IMG/VR virus record: IMGVR_UViG_3300020190_000007 | Location: 32,001-96,000 of that record | Reading direction: 5' to 3' (one strand) | Length of the DNA: 64,000 bases | DNA from: a virus | Shown: positions 12,762-23,178 of the stretch, one piece after another | Numbering within the stretch: position 1 is the stretch's first letter | Layout: every line of letters starts with the position of its first letter | Notes under the pieces: model-generated | What the model saw: only the letters and a program-made list of their open reading frames with translations | What the model was told of the DNA's origin: nothing | Databases searched by the model: none | Translations under genes and position numbers: made by a program

Positions 12762-12768
12762 ATAAATA
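12762..12768 (-). promoter_or_regulatory. Putative late promoter motif TATTTAT
   Basis: 11 nt before ATG at 12750. Confidence 0.5.
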
Positions 12769-12774
12769 TGAAAA

Positions 12775-13941
12775 TTATTGTTTTCTAATATTAAAATATC
12801 CGTTTCCGTAAATTGATAATTCACCTGTGTTGTCAATTTCAGATAATCGTAATGTTTTTTCCATTACACCTTGTTTTCCTCTTTCAACAAAAATGTCAGA
12901 ATAGATTACTGGTTCATCAATAAATCCTAAGAAATGTTCATTTCTTGTAATAACCTTATTGATGACTTCTTCTTTTGTAAATCCTGATGTTGTACCGGTA
13001 ATTGTGGTAATTCCATCTTCGAAATCTTGATAATATAAATTATCAATTGTGTATGCACTGTAAGTCACACCATTTGTTACTCCTGTAGTTACACCTGAGT
13101 ATATATTTGAACCGTATAATTTTAATTCACTAATTTTACTTTTACCAATTGCTGCGTATGTAAATGTGGTATAACCTGTGTTGGTTCCATTATAGTCTAA
13201 ATCGTTTAGATAATTTTGACTTTGACCAGATATGTTGGTGTATGGTATTGTGAACCCGGAGAATGTCCCTAATGGGTTAGAGACAGTGGTATTTGAAGGT
13301 ACTTGTACTTTCTTTTTAGTTTCAAACTGACTCCATGGTGTGTTGATTGAAATTGATATGGTTGTTTCGCCGGTGGATGAATATGTTTTTGTTGCGGTAA
13401 TTCCAGTTGTTGATAGAATACTTGTAGTTCCATCTCCCCAACTGACAGTAAAATCGATATAATGTATTTCAGAAACTTTACTCGTGTCCACCGTATTGTA
13501 AACCTGAACTGTGTTACCGGTCTGAGTATAAGAAAAGTTACAAATTTGTTCAACTTGTTCAAGTTCCCCATCAAAACCAACCATTACACCCATTTCGTCA
13601 ACGTGTGTTTCTAAAAATATCGGTAACATATGTTCACCATACGCCTCCCCTTTTGTAATATTGTTCCAACCATATAGTTCTAAAGTTAAATCACAACCAT
13701 TGTCTCCGTAAGAGTTGGTTGGTATGGTGGTTCCTGTCCACATGTAGTAACCATCACCGACGGTACCGCCGCTTACATTATATACTATTAAACCTTCTAA
13801 CGGGTCAAGATATTTAGAATTTGACCAAGATATTAAACTACCCAAACTATTGTACCAATATGGACCATCGATTGAATACAATTTGACATTAAGAATGTTT
13901 TTCCTTAGTATCTCAAATTTTGTTGGTGATTTAATATCCAT
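12775..13941 (-). CDS. Putative structural protein with PKD/Ig-like domain
   Basis: PKD-like signature DFTVSWGDGTTS...KTYSSTG; Thr/Gly-rich; within the baseplate gene block. Confidence 0.55.
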   Translation of the reverse strand: MDIKSPTKFEILRKNILNVKLYSIDGPYWYNSLGSLISWSNSKYLDPLEGLIVYNVSGGTVGDGYYMWTGTTIPTNSYGDNGCDLTLELYGWNNITKGEAYGEHMLPIFLETHVDEMGVMVGFDGELEQVEQICNFSYTQTGNTVQVYNTVDTSKVSEIHYIDFTVSWGDGTTSILSTTGITATKTYSSTGETTISISINTPWSQFETKKKVQVPSNTTVSNPLGTFSGFTIPYTNISGQSQNYLNDLDYNGTNTGYTTFTYAAIGKSKISELKLYGSNIYSGVTTGVTNGVTYSAYTIDNLYYQDFEDGITTITGTTSGFTKEEVINKVITRNEHFLGFIDEPVIYSDIFVERGKQGVMEKTLRLSEIDNTGELSIYGNGYFNIRKQ

Positions 13942-14771
13942 TATTGTTTTCTTTCAAAAAAATTTATTGGTAAATTATAGGTACCTTTTCTTGAACCTAA
14001 AGAGCCATCGTATGCATATACTACAAATGAATAATTTGTTCTATCTACAATTACTTTATAGTAAACATCTTGCTCTTCAATATAAGGTGTTGTTGCATTC
14101 ACATTTTTTGATTTATTTACAAAATCTATTACACTTCCGTCTTTAGCGTTGTAATATTTTGCGGTCATATAAAAAGTGTTTCCTGTAATATTAGTTTCTT
14201 CGAATGGGGTGTCGTCGGAAAACCAAAAAAAGTACATATTTTCCGTGTTTCTATAATTAGACCCCGTAAAAACAGGCACGAAAACGTAATCATTTAATGG
14301 TAATGTAGCGCCTGATGGTGTGCCTGTATAAAATATTTTTTCACCAAGAGGTAATGATAAATTTTTTGCAAAAACCAATCTTCTATTTGTTTGATTTGGT
14401 GACGCGTCATGGTTGGTTTTGTAAAATTCTAACCTGAAGAAACTTTCTGTTGATTGTTTTAACATTTTTGAATTTTCTCTAAATGTTATTCCCACATCTT
14501 CATAGTTTTGTGAATAGTTACCCGAGGAATTTAGAAAATAAAAATTATATAATATGTCGCTTTGAATGAACGTAATGTCCGAATCAGAAACTACACTATA
14601 GGGTTCATGAATATACCTTACGGTTTCATAATTTTCAGTTGGATTAATAATTTCATATAAAATCTCTTGCTCCATTTGCTGAGCATTATCAGTCCAACCC
14701 AAATCTGTTTGAAACATTTGGTTTGGTTCAATTATAATTGATTGGTCATTATTTTTAACAAGAATTTTCAT
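13941..14771 (-). CDS. Putative structural protein
   Basis: 276-aa ORF translationally coupled within the baseplate gene block. Confidence 0.55.
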   Translation of the reverse strand: MKILVKNNDQSIIIEPNQMFQTDLGWTDNAQQMEQEILYEIINPTENYETVRYIHEPYSVVSDSDITFIQSDILYNFYFLNSSGNYSQNYEDVGITFRENSKMLKQSTESFFRLEFYKTNHDASPNQTNRRLVFAKNLSLPLGEKIFYTGTPSGATLPLNDYVFVPVFTGSNYRNTENMYFFWFSDDTPFEETNITGNTFYMTAKYYNAKDGSVIDFVNKSKNVNATTPYIEEQDVYYKVIVDRTNYSFVVYAYDGSLGSRKGTYNLPINFFERKQ

Positions 14772-14772
14772 A

Positions 14773-16533
14773 TTAACATTTAAATTTATCTACATTCTTA
14801 ACTTCATCCTGTTTATTCCTGTGAATATTTTCATTTCGCAAATAAAAATCAATGTCGCTTTTTACGTAATGTAAATTATTAATAAAAGGAAAGTTGGTAC
14901 CAAAACCATCTGGGTCAATAAATCCATGGTCATATAAATCTCTCCATTTCCATAAGGACTCATCTTCAAAATATTTTGAATTCTGTGGTAATCCATACAC
15001 TTGATTTGTTTTTGAAGTCTCAATGTATGGGGACAATTGTCTCAGTTTTACTCTATGGTGTGGTTTATAATAAAGACCATACATATTTGTTACTGAACCA
15101 CCTGAAAAAGCCACAGTTGTACCCGTTTGTCCATAATCAAACACAAATAAAGGATTAGAAAATCTATGATATGATTCACTTATAATTCTTTCATTTAATT
15201 CTGAATGATTGTATTCAACAAAGGCACCGTGTAAAACTGTACCAACAGGTAAATCTATACCTGTTGTAAAATTATAGGTTGTTGCACTAATCGTTCTTGA
15301 GAAACCACTTGTTAATATAGACGTTTCAGTAGTTCCTGTACCATTAAAATGCTCGTCAACCCACGTGTCATGAAAATTAAACTTCCACCCAACTTTAGGT
15401 GGATATTCAAAATAACCATTTCTATTGGCTAAAATGGTACTGACATAAACTTCAGTTGGTAAATAACCTAAGTTATTGGTTAATCCCGTGAGAACAAATG
15501 GTTCTTTAAAATCATAAATTAATGATTCCATCATATTTCTCTCAACTAAAACATCGGAAACACCAGCGCTATTTTCTAAAAGTAATTTTCTTTCGTTTTC
15601 CCAAATGGATGATTCAAATCCAATTTTGTCTAATATGTAATCTTCTCTCTCTGTTAATGTTTTGTGTTCGTGAACGTAATAAATTGAAGTGGAACCTGTA
15701 ATATTATTTATATTAAGACATCTTTTACCAAAAACCACCGTGGATAGTGTTGAACCAGATGGTAATTCGGATTTAGATATTTCTAAAACATATTTTTCAG
15801 AATTATATATTGAATCACCGACACTTATAATTGTAAAAGTTTTACCTGTGACATTCACCGCACTGTTAAAACTTCCACCACTTAATATTATAAATTCACC
15901 TGATGACATTCCGTGTTCAACAGGGCTTGTTAACTTATATGTGTTACCAGTACTTTCAACTCGAAAAGGTATTCCATCACCTGATGTGAAACTAAAATAA
16001 GTTCCACCACTTAATGAATATTTCATTGGATAATCACTGTCTTGACCATATACATATGAAAGGTATATGTTCCAATTATGATATGGCGCGTCAATACTTG
16101 AAATTGTGGTATGTTCGGACGCTCCTGAATAGGTAAAAACAGGAGTAATTGTTGTTAAAGATGAGATGGTTTGTATTGTATTTACTTGTCTTAAAACGTC
16201 TTTTCTTAAAAAAGCAAATTCTTGATAGGGTATAAATCCATCAAAATTATTATCACTACCGTCACCGACTAAATACAATCTTTTTAATAATGGATTATAT
16301 TCAGATGAACCACTATAAAGATTTCTAAAAACCATTTTAAGTTTACCATGAATTTTATAGCTATTACTTTCGTTCCTTTCTTTATTAAAGAGCTCCGCGT
16401 TACTTAGAATAATTGTTCTGTCACCTTCTCTTAAAAGATTCTCAGTTTCCTCTAACCCAACACGAATTGTTTGGTCTTCATTGATTGAACCAAAAAATTT
16501 TTTAGATGGTAATATAATTCTTTTTTTATCCAT
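14773..16533 (-). CDS. Putative structural protein
   Basis: 586-aa ORF coupled to neighbours; beta-rich insert YKLTSPVEHGMSSGEFIILSG. Confidence 0.55.
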   Translation of the reverse strand: MDKKRIILPSKKFFGSINEDQTIRVGLEETENLLREGDRTIILSNAELFNKERNESNSYKIHGKLKMVFRNLYSGSSEYNPLLKRLYLVGDGSDNNFDGFIPYQEFAFLRKDVLRQVNTIQTISSLTTITPVFTYSGASEHTTISSIDAPYHNWNIYLSYVYGQDSDYPMKYSLSGGTYFSFTSGDGIPFRVESTGNTYKLTSPVEHGMSSGEFIILSGGSFNSAVNVTGKTFTIISVGDSIYNSEKYVLEISKSELPSGSTLSTVVFGKRCLNINNITGSTSIYYVHEHKTLTEREDYILDKIGFESSIWENERKLLLENSAGVSDVLVERNMMESLIYDFKEPFVLTGLTNNLGYLPTEVYVSTILANRNGYFEYPPKVGWKFNFHDTWVDEHFNGTGTTETSILTSGFSRTISATTYNFTTGIDLPVGTVLHGAFVEYNHSELNERIISESYHRFSNPLFVFDYGQTGTTVAFSGGSVTNMYGLYYKPHHRVKLRQLSPYIETSKTNQVYGLPQNSKYFEDESLWKWRDLYDHGFIDPDGFGTNFPFINNLHYVKSDIDFYLRNENIHRNKQDEVKNVDKFKC

Positions 16534-19500
16534 TATTCTTGAGATGGGAACGCACCTTTTGGTCCAAATAATTTTATAAATTTATCAAGAGCGGTTGCCC
16601 CAGGTCTTAATCCAAAATAAAATAAGAATGGTGTTGATAATATTTGTTTATTACCGTTGTAATTGACTTGTGTTGGTTTTAATATAAAATCAACATCAAA
16701 ATTCCAAGGTTTGGATGTCCATCCACCTACTTCACCGACTCTAATCCATAAAGTACCCGCGTATGCCGTTTCGGTATCTCCTGATGTAATATGTAAAAAT
16801 GTAAACCCTTCTTCTTGATTATCAAAATTAAGATGATAGTCAGCCGTATCTTCTTCATCAAAATCAGCAAGTGCAACGTTCGCGCCGGAAATTGTAAACG
16901 TATCACCTGAATATGTTTTAGTCATTGGAAATAAAACATAATTATATGTCGAATCTCCCGTAAATGCGTAATTATGGGACATACCCTGAAGATTTTGAGC
17001 AACAACACTTGTATAATCCCACGACTGATTAATACCTTCACCAAATCCGGGACCTTTTTTATCCCAATAAAAAAATGGTACCACCTGTGATGATTCTGTT
17101 AATCGTCCTGGCTCGTTCAAACAAACCCTAACTCTATAACCATCATCATCATCTAAAACAAAATTTATAGGTAAAGGTCCGTTTGTAGTACCGCTTTGTG
17201 ATTTGAAAATATTTGGATAATCTTCGGGGTCCAAAATTACTGGACTGTATTGACCATAATACCTATTTTGTAAATCGAACTCATCGATACCGACTTCGTT
17301 ATTAATTGAAATTAATTGTAGAACATCACCATTCATTATTTGGTTGTTTGTAAAATAAGGATAAGTAGTAAAACCATTGTTTTGGAAAAAACTTTTATAC
17401 GTGTAATTTGGGTTAGTATCCATTCGATAATTAATGTATAGACCTAACATTTCCTTAAAATTTTGAAATGACGTTGAACCAATACTTCTAACCACGGAAC
17501 AATTAGGGTCTAAAGATGGGTCTACACAAATTTCTTTTATAAATTCATCTCTTGGACCTAAGTCCATGACCGTGGTTGGGTATCTTAGTGTTGTAAATTG
17601 AGTTCCAACATCTTTTGTTATTTGAAATTGTGATGTTGTATTATTCCATTTTGTTGACCTATAATAAAACCTTTTTACAGCACTTTTTGATGATGCCTCA
17701 TCAACTTTATAGTATACTAAGTCTTTACAATAATTTGTACCCCTAAAATTTAAATCTAAAATTTCCTCATTATCCCATCTTACTTTAGCTTTGAATGGGA
17801 ACATATATAAAGAACCTGCTAACCAATTTTCAAAAAAAGAATATTTAGCGAGTCCTTCACAAAATACTTTGTTAACCAATTTTCTTCTACAGTATTCATT
17901 AATTAATTTAAATTGTGTTTCCCTATTAAAATCGTTGGCTGCGGGAATTATTGTATATATACCAAATCTGAATTCAGAAAAACCTGTTCGAGTGTCACAT
18001 CTACCACAAGGATTTAAACCACTTTGGTTTACGTAAGCAACCTGACCTACTATTATTTTATTTAAACTAATACAATTGGTACCTGGATTTAAAATAACTT
18101 GAGAGGGGTCACTATAATTGTCTGCAACATCTGTTGCACAATAAGTTGCCGGTACAGAAACCGTATTGTCGTAAATAGTATTATTAGATAAACAACCTTC
18201 GGGTAAAGACGTTGTATCCATCGCGGTTGCTGCTGTAACTCCTACTGGATGTCCACTATCATAAATTTCGTAAGTAAATCCCGACCAAACAAAATCCTCA
18301 ATAACCCCACTTGAATTATAACGATATGGTATATTAGTACTTTCTATTCCTTTATATCCTGTTGTTGCCCCCACAGAATATGTACCTAATGTGAATGAAG
18401 TTGTTATGCCTGTGGTGATATTGGCATTTAGATAATTAATATCGGATGTTTGAGCATTTCCATGCGGACTATATGAAATTATTTTAATGAAATAAGTTCT
18501 ACCCGTGGCCAAACCATTTAAATAATTTATATATAATTGGGTTGGGGATTGTCCATAGGTATATCCGGTGTAATTATATATCGTTAGACCTGAGGAAGGT
18601 GTTTCCGTTAAAATAAATTCATTTGTTCCATTTATTGGGTCGGCAATAAAAATATCTGTAACAGTTTGGTCACACGTACCCGTTACTACCGGTACACCGT
18701 CTCCGCCAGCATATGACATTGACCCGTCTCTTGCACAAATTCCTGTTACCGATGACCCACCGGAGGGTATCGATTGAGATTGAATTGAGTTGTTAGTACA
18801 ATCTCTCCAAGTGTAAGTGGTTGTACCAACACTTGGTGGCGGTAAATTGTATGTTGTACAGTTAACTAAAAATGTCAACTCATCCCTAACCGCGTAACCA
18901 TCGACAACTTTTTCATAAAGAACGGAGGGGTCACTAGTGGTATCAACAGATTGATTAAAAACTTCAATTTCATCGCACGACTGACATTCTGGATAAATCA
19001 CTAAACTAAGGTGAACGGTGCCCAATTGTTGTAAAAATTCAATAATATCATCGAGGAATTGAAATCTACCGAAGCCAAATACTGTACTACCAAACACCCT
19101 TATCCTAAAATACAATATATCATATAACCATTGAAAAGGTCTAATCAATATTTGCATTGCCCCAATAAACGCGGTGTATATTACTTTTTCAAAAGCATTT
19201 ATAATAATTGCTAAAAGAATTGAAAAATTAAATTGTTTATATGCGTAATTTGTGGGTGGGGTAAGAACACTTGATTCACAATCATCTTCTTCTTTAGGTG
19301 CAATATCCTTTATTCCAAGAAACGAAGACGGTGAAATAGTCCCTAATGGACCTTCAATATGTGAACTTATATACGATGTTACCGCGTAAACTTTATTATA
19401 TGTGAATCTATAAAAATAATCTTGGGGGTAATAACTACCATACGTTTGATTGAATATTATCGATGTGTTTTTTGCACTAGTTGGATAATCGTTCCAATCA

Positions 19501-20690
19501 AGTGAAAACGCATAAGATTTATCCACATCATTTTGATATTCACGTATGTTTGGTACTAAGAAACTACCTACGGAGCGAACCCTACCTAATGTTTGATTTT
19601 TACCCGATATTCTAAATCTATAACAAGCTGATGTTGGAATACCTTTGTTTGGGTCGTTTGTTATTTCGTTTTCACCAAATTCATTTGTGAATATAAAATC
19701 CATATTCATTGGTAATGGGACAACGAAAGAACCATCTTCTTCAATATCTTCTTGTATTTCATATCTTTCGAGTATAGGGAAACCATTACCGTCTTTATTT
19801 GGTGTAAACCTTATCATTTCAATAACCGCGTCAAATGTGGTTAAATCACACTTTCTACCCATAGCGTTTTTAGGGGTGCAAGTTTTATTTAATGTGTTTT
19901 TACCTTTATCTGAGTAAATTGAACCTAAGAAATATGCCTTTGGTTCCACTTTTACACCCTGACTAGATAAATCAAAATCAGTTCTGGTTAATCCAATTTC
20001 ACATAAATCTTCATTACCCCAAAAAGGATAAACCTCCACGGTTTGATTAAATGAAACTATTTGTGGTAAAGAATCAATATCGTTTGATGCTTTGTATGTA
20101 TAAGTGTTTTTAAACTTATCTACACCCGTACCTTGTCTGATAAAGTCATCTGGTCTAAGTGAAAAACAACCAATATCAGATAAGTCGACATCTACGTGAA
20201 TTGTTTGTGTACCAACAGGTACACCCCAAATCATAAAGTCACCAGCATCATTTGTTTTTACTGTGTATTTGTAATATTTTTCATAAACCTCAAGGACCTC
20301 TTCCCTTGTTAGAATGTCTTTTTGGTCAGGGAATGTTCCGGTTGGTTCATGTCCACCATGTTGTTTTCGACTTGGTAAAAGATTATATTTATAACCATCT
20401 TGATTTTTATCATCCACAGTTGTATATGGATATAAAACAGATATCACAGGGTCGTTTGTGTCTTCTTCTGATATTGGTATAAAAATTGAAACTCTAGCAT
20501 TTGGAACACCAAAACCATTGTTTACAAATATTCTACCACAAACCACACCGTAGTCTGAACACATTGACGAGTAAACTTCGGTCTGTGTAAATTTTAGAGA
20601 TAATATCTCCAATAAGTCAAAATCGTTTTTTAATTCGACAACGACTTTTTGGTCTTTACCTATATTTGTGGAAATTCTGTGTTTCTGCAT
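16533..20690 (-). CDS. Large virion protein with N-terminal carboxypeptidase-regulatory-like beta-sandwich and an internal hydrophobic segment
   Basis: GVVCGRIFVNNGFGVPNARVSIF...TNDAGDFMIWGVPVGTQTIHV motif; Cys-rich; directly follows the gp6-like gene. Confidence 0.55.
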   Translation of the reverse strand: MQKHRISTNIGKDQKVVVELKNDFDLLEILSLKFTQTEVYSSMCSDYGVVCGRIFVNNGFGVPNARVSIFIPISEEDTNDPVISVLYPYTTVDDKNQDGYKYNLLPSRKQHGGHEPTGTFPDQKDILTREEVLEVYEKYYKYTVKTNDAGDFMIWGVPVGTQTIHVDVDLSDIGCFSLRPDDFIRQGTGVDKFKNTYTYKASNDIDSLPQIVSFNQTVEVYPFWGNEDLCEIGLTRTDFDLSSQGVKVEPKAYFLGSIYSDKGKNTLNKTCTPKNAMGRKCDLTTFDAVIEMIRFTPNKDGNGFPILERYEIQEDIEEDGSFVVPLPMNMDFIFTNEFGENEITNDPNKGIPTSACYRFRISGKNQTLGRVRSVGSFLVPNIREYQNDVDKSYAFSLDWNDYPTSAKNTSIIFNQTYGSYYPQDYFYRFTYNKVYAVTSYISSHIEGPLGTISPSSFLGIKDIAPKEEDDCESSVLTPPTNYAYKQFNFSILLAIIINAFEKVIYTAFIGAMQILIRPFQWLYDILYFRIRVFGSTVFGFGRFQFLDDIIEFLQQLGTVHLSLVIYPECQSCDEIEVFNQSVDTTSDPSVLYEKVVDGYAVRDELTFLVNCTTYNLPPPSVGTTTYTWRDCTNNSIQSQSIPSGGSSVTGICARDGSMSYAGGDGVPVVTGTCDQTVTDIFIADPINGTNEFILTETPSSGLTIYNYTGYTYGQSPTQLYINYLNGLATGRTYFIKIISYSPHGNAQTSDINYLNANITTGITTSFTLGTYSVGATTGYKGIESTNIPYRYNSSGVIEDFVWSGFTYEIYDSGHPVGVTAATAMDTTSLPEGCLSNNTIYDNTVSVPATYCATDVADNYSDPSQVILNPGTNCISLNKIIVGQVAYVNQSGLNPCGRCDTRTGFSEFRFGIYTIIPAANDFNRETQFKLINEYCRRKLVNKVFCEGLAKYSFFENWLAGSLYMFPFKAKVRWDNEEILDLNFRGTNYCKDLVYYKVDEASSKSAVKRFYYRSTKWNNTTSQFQITKDVGTQFTTLRYPTTVMDLGPRDEFIKEICVDPSLDPNCSVVRSIGSTSFQNFKEMLGLYINYRMDTNPNYTYKSFFQNNGFTTYPYFTNNQIMNGDVLQLISINNEVGIDEFDLQNRYYGQYSPVILDPEDYPNIFKSQSGTTNGPLPINFVLDDDDGYRVRVCLNEPGRLTESSQVVPFFYWDKKGPGFGEGINQSWDYTSVVAQNLQGMSHNYAFTGDSTYNYVLFPMTKTYSGDTFTISGANVALADFDEEDTADYHLNFDNQEEGFTFLHITSGDTETAYAGTLWIRVGEVGGWTSKPWNFDVDFILKPTQVNYNGNKQILSTPFLFYFGLRPGATALDKFIKLFGPKGAFPSQE

Positions 20691-20696
20691 TATTCT

Positions 20697-20703
20697 ATAA
20701 ATA
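20697..20703 (-). promoter_or_regulatory. Putative late promoter motif TATTTAT
   Basis: 6 nt before ATG at 20690. Confidence 0.55.
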
Positions 20704-20742
20704 GAAAATTATGGATTTCCAGAAAAATAAATAAAAATTAAA

Positions 20743-22575
20743 TTAGAATGTAGTCGTTCCTAATGTTTTTACTCTGACTTTTATGTCTTTCTGAGGAAAT
20801 CTTATTTGATATATTTGGTTAGATTTCATATAGATAGTCATATCAGATTGAGCGATTTCTTTTGTGTTAGGGTCAATATATGACTGTAACACCTCAGAAG
20901 ATGAATATACCCCACCTACGTTATTAAAAACTCTTATATCAACAGCGTTTACCACACCGTTTACTTCACCTATTGTTTTATATAAATCACCAACAAATAA
21001 TGGGTCACCCATTTTTCTTTTTTCAATTGAAAAGTAACTAACAATATCCTCGATAATGGTTTTAACAATTTCTGTCTGATTACCATTTTTATCAATGACA
21101 ACATCAATTTCCAATGTAAAATCAACCACTTCACCGCTCTGAACCTCTAAGAAATCATTTACCATCCTATATTCAGCTAAGTAAGATAAAATATTATTTT
21201 TTAATGTATTTGAAACTGTATCAATAAGATTACCATTTTCATCATACGATAATAATTTAATTTTTATTTTATTGTCCTCTTCCATCACATTTACCTTAGC
21301 TGGTGCTCCATAGGTTGATGGCATTGTCTCAATTAAAGATTTGTAATCATTAAGAGTTACCGCCCTATTTTGTGCCGAGAAGTTATATGCAATCATATTT
21401 CTAACTTCTTCAATTGTAGGTTGGTCCGCACCACCAACAGCTGGTGTTACGTTTGTTACAATTAATGAATTCTGTACTTGAGTATTCGTTGATGAATTGG
21501 GTCCATTGATTGAAAATTCAACGTTATCCACACTTGTAATAATATCAATACCAAGATTACTGTCTTTACCACCACCAATTCTGTATTTTATGAATAATGT
21601 TGTATTTGATTTTGGTAAAGCACCTAATGATAAGTTATTTAAATAAGTTCCAAGACTTACTTTTAAATTGCCTTGATTATAGTTATCTAAATTATCTAAT
21701 GGATTAACATTACCAGAGCCAAATGTTACCGAAAAATAATTTTCGGGAGTATATTCTGTAATAAATTTATTTGTAACTGGAACGTATGTTCCCGATATGA
21801 AATTATCACTATCAGATGCTGATGTTGGGTCGGGTACGAATACTTTATCTTGTATTAATGATTTTACTTCGTACCATTTATTTTCAGAACTTAAAAATTC
21901 AGAGTTAGTTGGATTATTTACAAAGTTTGTTCCCTCTTTGTGAATTACTCCACTCACCCCTAATATGTTTTGTTCAGGTAAGAATATTTTTAAGAAAGGT
22001 TTTTGGTCAACTTCTGTTATAACTTTTCTATATATTCTTGTTACACCATTTACAACCGCTTCTCTTTTTACAATTGAGTATGATATGAGTCTATTATTAC
22101 CATCGAAATTTGGAATTTTTAATCTGTTTGGTTCTCCCCTTTTATTAAAAGGATTTGAGAAATCAATATCTTCAATTGTTTCAAAAACTTGCCCCCCACC
22201 AGATACCTGAGCCCCTGATTTAATGTTTCCCAAATAACGTTCATCTTCCTTATCCCCCCTTACGGGTACTTGTATAGTAAAATCACACAAAGAAACAGAT
22301 GGTCTATTTCCTGGTATTCTCATACCATATGTTTTAGCAATATGATACAATGATTTCCTTTGTGTTGCGAAATCCAACATTGTTTCTTGCCAAACCCTAT
22401 CAATATGAAAATGTAAATTATCTGTCACAGCGGCATTTAAATCTAATAAAACAGAATAAATTGACGCGTCATTTGTATTCTTAATTAAATCGGGATAATA
22501 TTCCCTTGTAAGATTAACTAATTCCTGTCTTAAACCAGCAAAGTCTCTGACGGCGTATGATATTTTTTTACTCAT
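20743..22575 (-). CDS. Baseplate wedge subunit (T4 gp6 / baseplate J-like)
   Basis: RDFAGLRQEL...LDFATQRKSLYHIAKTYG; VTFGSG; YRIGGGKDSN; AVGGADQPTIEEVR...QNRAVTLNDY are gp6/J signatures; follows gp25. Confidence 0.88.
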   Translation of the reverse strand: MSKKISYAVRDFAGLRQELVNLTREYYPDLIKNTNDASIYSVLLDLNAAVTDNLHFHIDRVWQETMLDFATQRKSLYHIAKTYGMRIPGNRPSVSLCDFTIQVPVRGDKEDERYLGNIKSGAQVSGGGQVFETIEDIDFSNPFNKRGEPNRLKIPNFDGNNRLISYSIVKREAVVNGVTRIYRKVITEVDQKPFLKIFLPEQNILGVSGVIHKEGTNFVNNPTNSEFLSSENKWYEVKSLIQDKVFVPDPTSASDSDNFISGTYVPVTNKFITEYTPENYFSVTFGSGNVNPLDNLDNYNQGNLKVSLGTYLNNLSLGALPKSNTTLFIKYRIGGGKDSNLGIDIITSVDNVEFSINGPNSSTNTQVQNSLIVTNVTPAVGGADQPTIEEVRNMIAYNFSAQNRAVTLNDYKSLIETMPSTYGAPAKVNVMEEDNKIKIKLLSYDENGNLIDTVSNTLKNNILSYLAEYRMVNDFLEVQSGEVVDFTLEIDVVIDKNGNQTEIVKTIIEDIVSYFSIEKRKMGDPLFVGDLYKTIGEVNGVVNAVDIRVFNNVGGVYSSSEVLQSYIDPNTKEIAQSDMTIYMKSNQIYQIRFPQKDIKVRVKTLGTTTF

Positions 22576-22576
22576 A

Positions 22577-23029
22577 TTATATATTAATAATTACAAAATC
22601 GGACGAAACAAAAGGTTCATTATTTATGTCATAGTCAATTCGAACTTTTGCAGTATAGGGTTTTGTTGAAAAATCAGAGACTCTAAACAATCTTGAATCC
22701 TCATCTTCTTGTGGACTAATAGGTTCTTCAGGTTCTTGGTCAGCCGGGGTTACTCTGATAGATTTTATTTCTAAATTTGGGATATATTTTTTTACTGATG
22801 TTCTAATTTCATCCTCTATTTGTCCCCACGTAACAGCGTCGTTTGGTTCAAAAATAAATTCAATTAATTTAGTTCCAAAATCGGGTAAATAATATCTCGT
22901 ACCCTTTCTTGTTAATAATAAGTGAATTAAGTTTGCACGAATCTCCCTTTCAGGGGTTTCGGTCATAACCAAAAAATCACCCTTAGGACTAATTCTGAAT
23001 GGAAAATCTATACCATATGTAATCGCCAT
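22577..23029 (-). CDS. Baseplate protein gp25 / gpW-like
   Basis: MAITYGIDFPF...IRANLIHLLLTRKGTRYYLPDFGT...IFEP. Start moved from 23128 to ATG 23029 because the extension overlaps a terminator and the promoter motif. Confidence 0.88.
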   Translation of the reverse strand: MAITYGIDFPFRISPKGDFLVMTETPEREIRANLIHLLLTRKGTRYYLPDFGTKLIEFIFEPNDAVTWGQIEDEIRTSVKKYIPNLEIKSIRVTPADQEPEEPISPQEDEDSRLFRVSDFSTKPYTAKVRIDYDINNEPFVSSDFVIINI

Positions 23030-23033
23030 ACTA

Positions 23034-23067
23034 ATAAATATAACTAAACAACAAATACTAATAAATA
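23034..23067 (-). promoter_or_regulatory. Two tandem copies of the TATTTAT motif (TATTTATTAGTAT direct repeat)
   Basis: atactaataaata at 23028-23040 and 23055-23067 on the plus strand, upstream of gp25. Confidence 0.55.
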
Positions 23068-23070
23068 AAA

Positions 23071-23092
23071 AATCCCAACCTAAGTTGGGATT
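23071..23092 (-). terminator. Intrinsic terminator after nrdA
   Basis: AATCCCAAC-4nt-GTTGGGATT hairpin followed by a T run on the minus strand. Confidence 0.8.
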
Positions 23093-23178
23093 ATATATTG
23101 TTTGATTTTTTTGCTCTTGTATAATCAAACAAAGTAGATGTATTGTTAATTATAAAATGTCAATGGAGCCACCTACAG

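Noticed and set aside
23030-23128. 33-aa hydrophobic N-terminal extension of gp25
   Set aside because: It is read through the terminator hairpin and promoter motifs; ATG 23029 gives a typical gp25 start.
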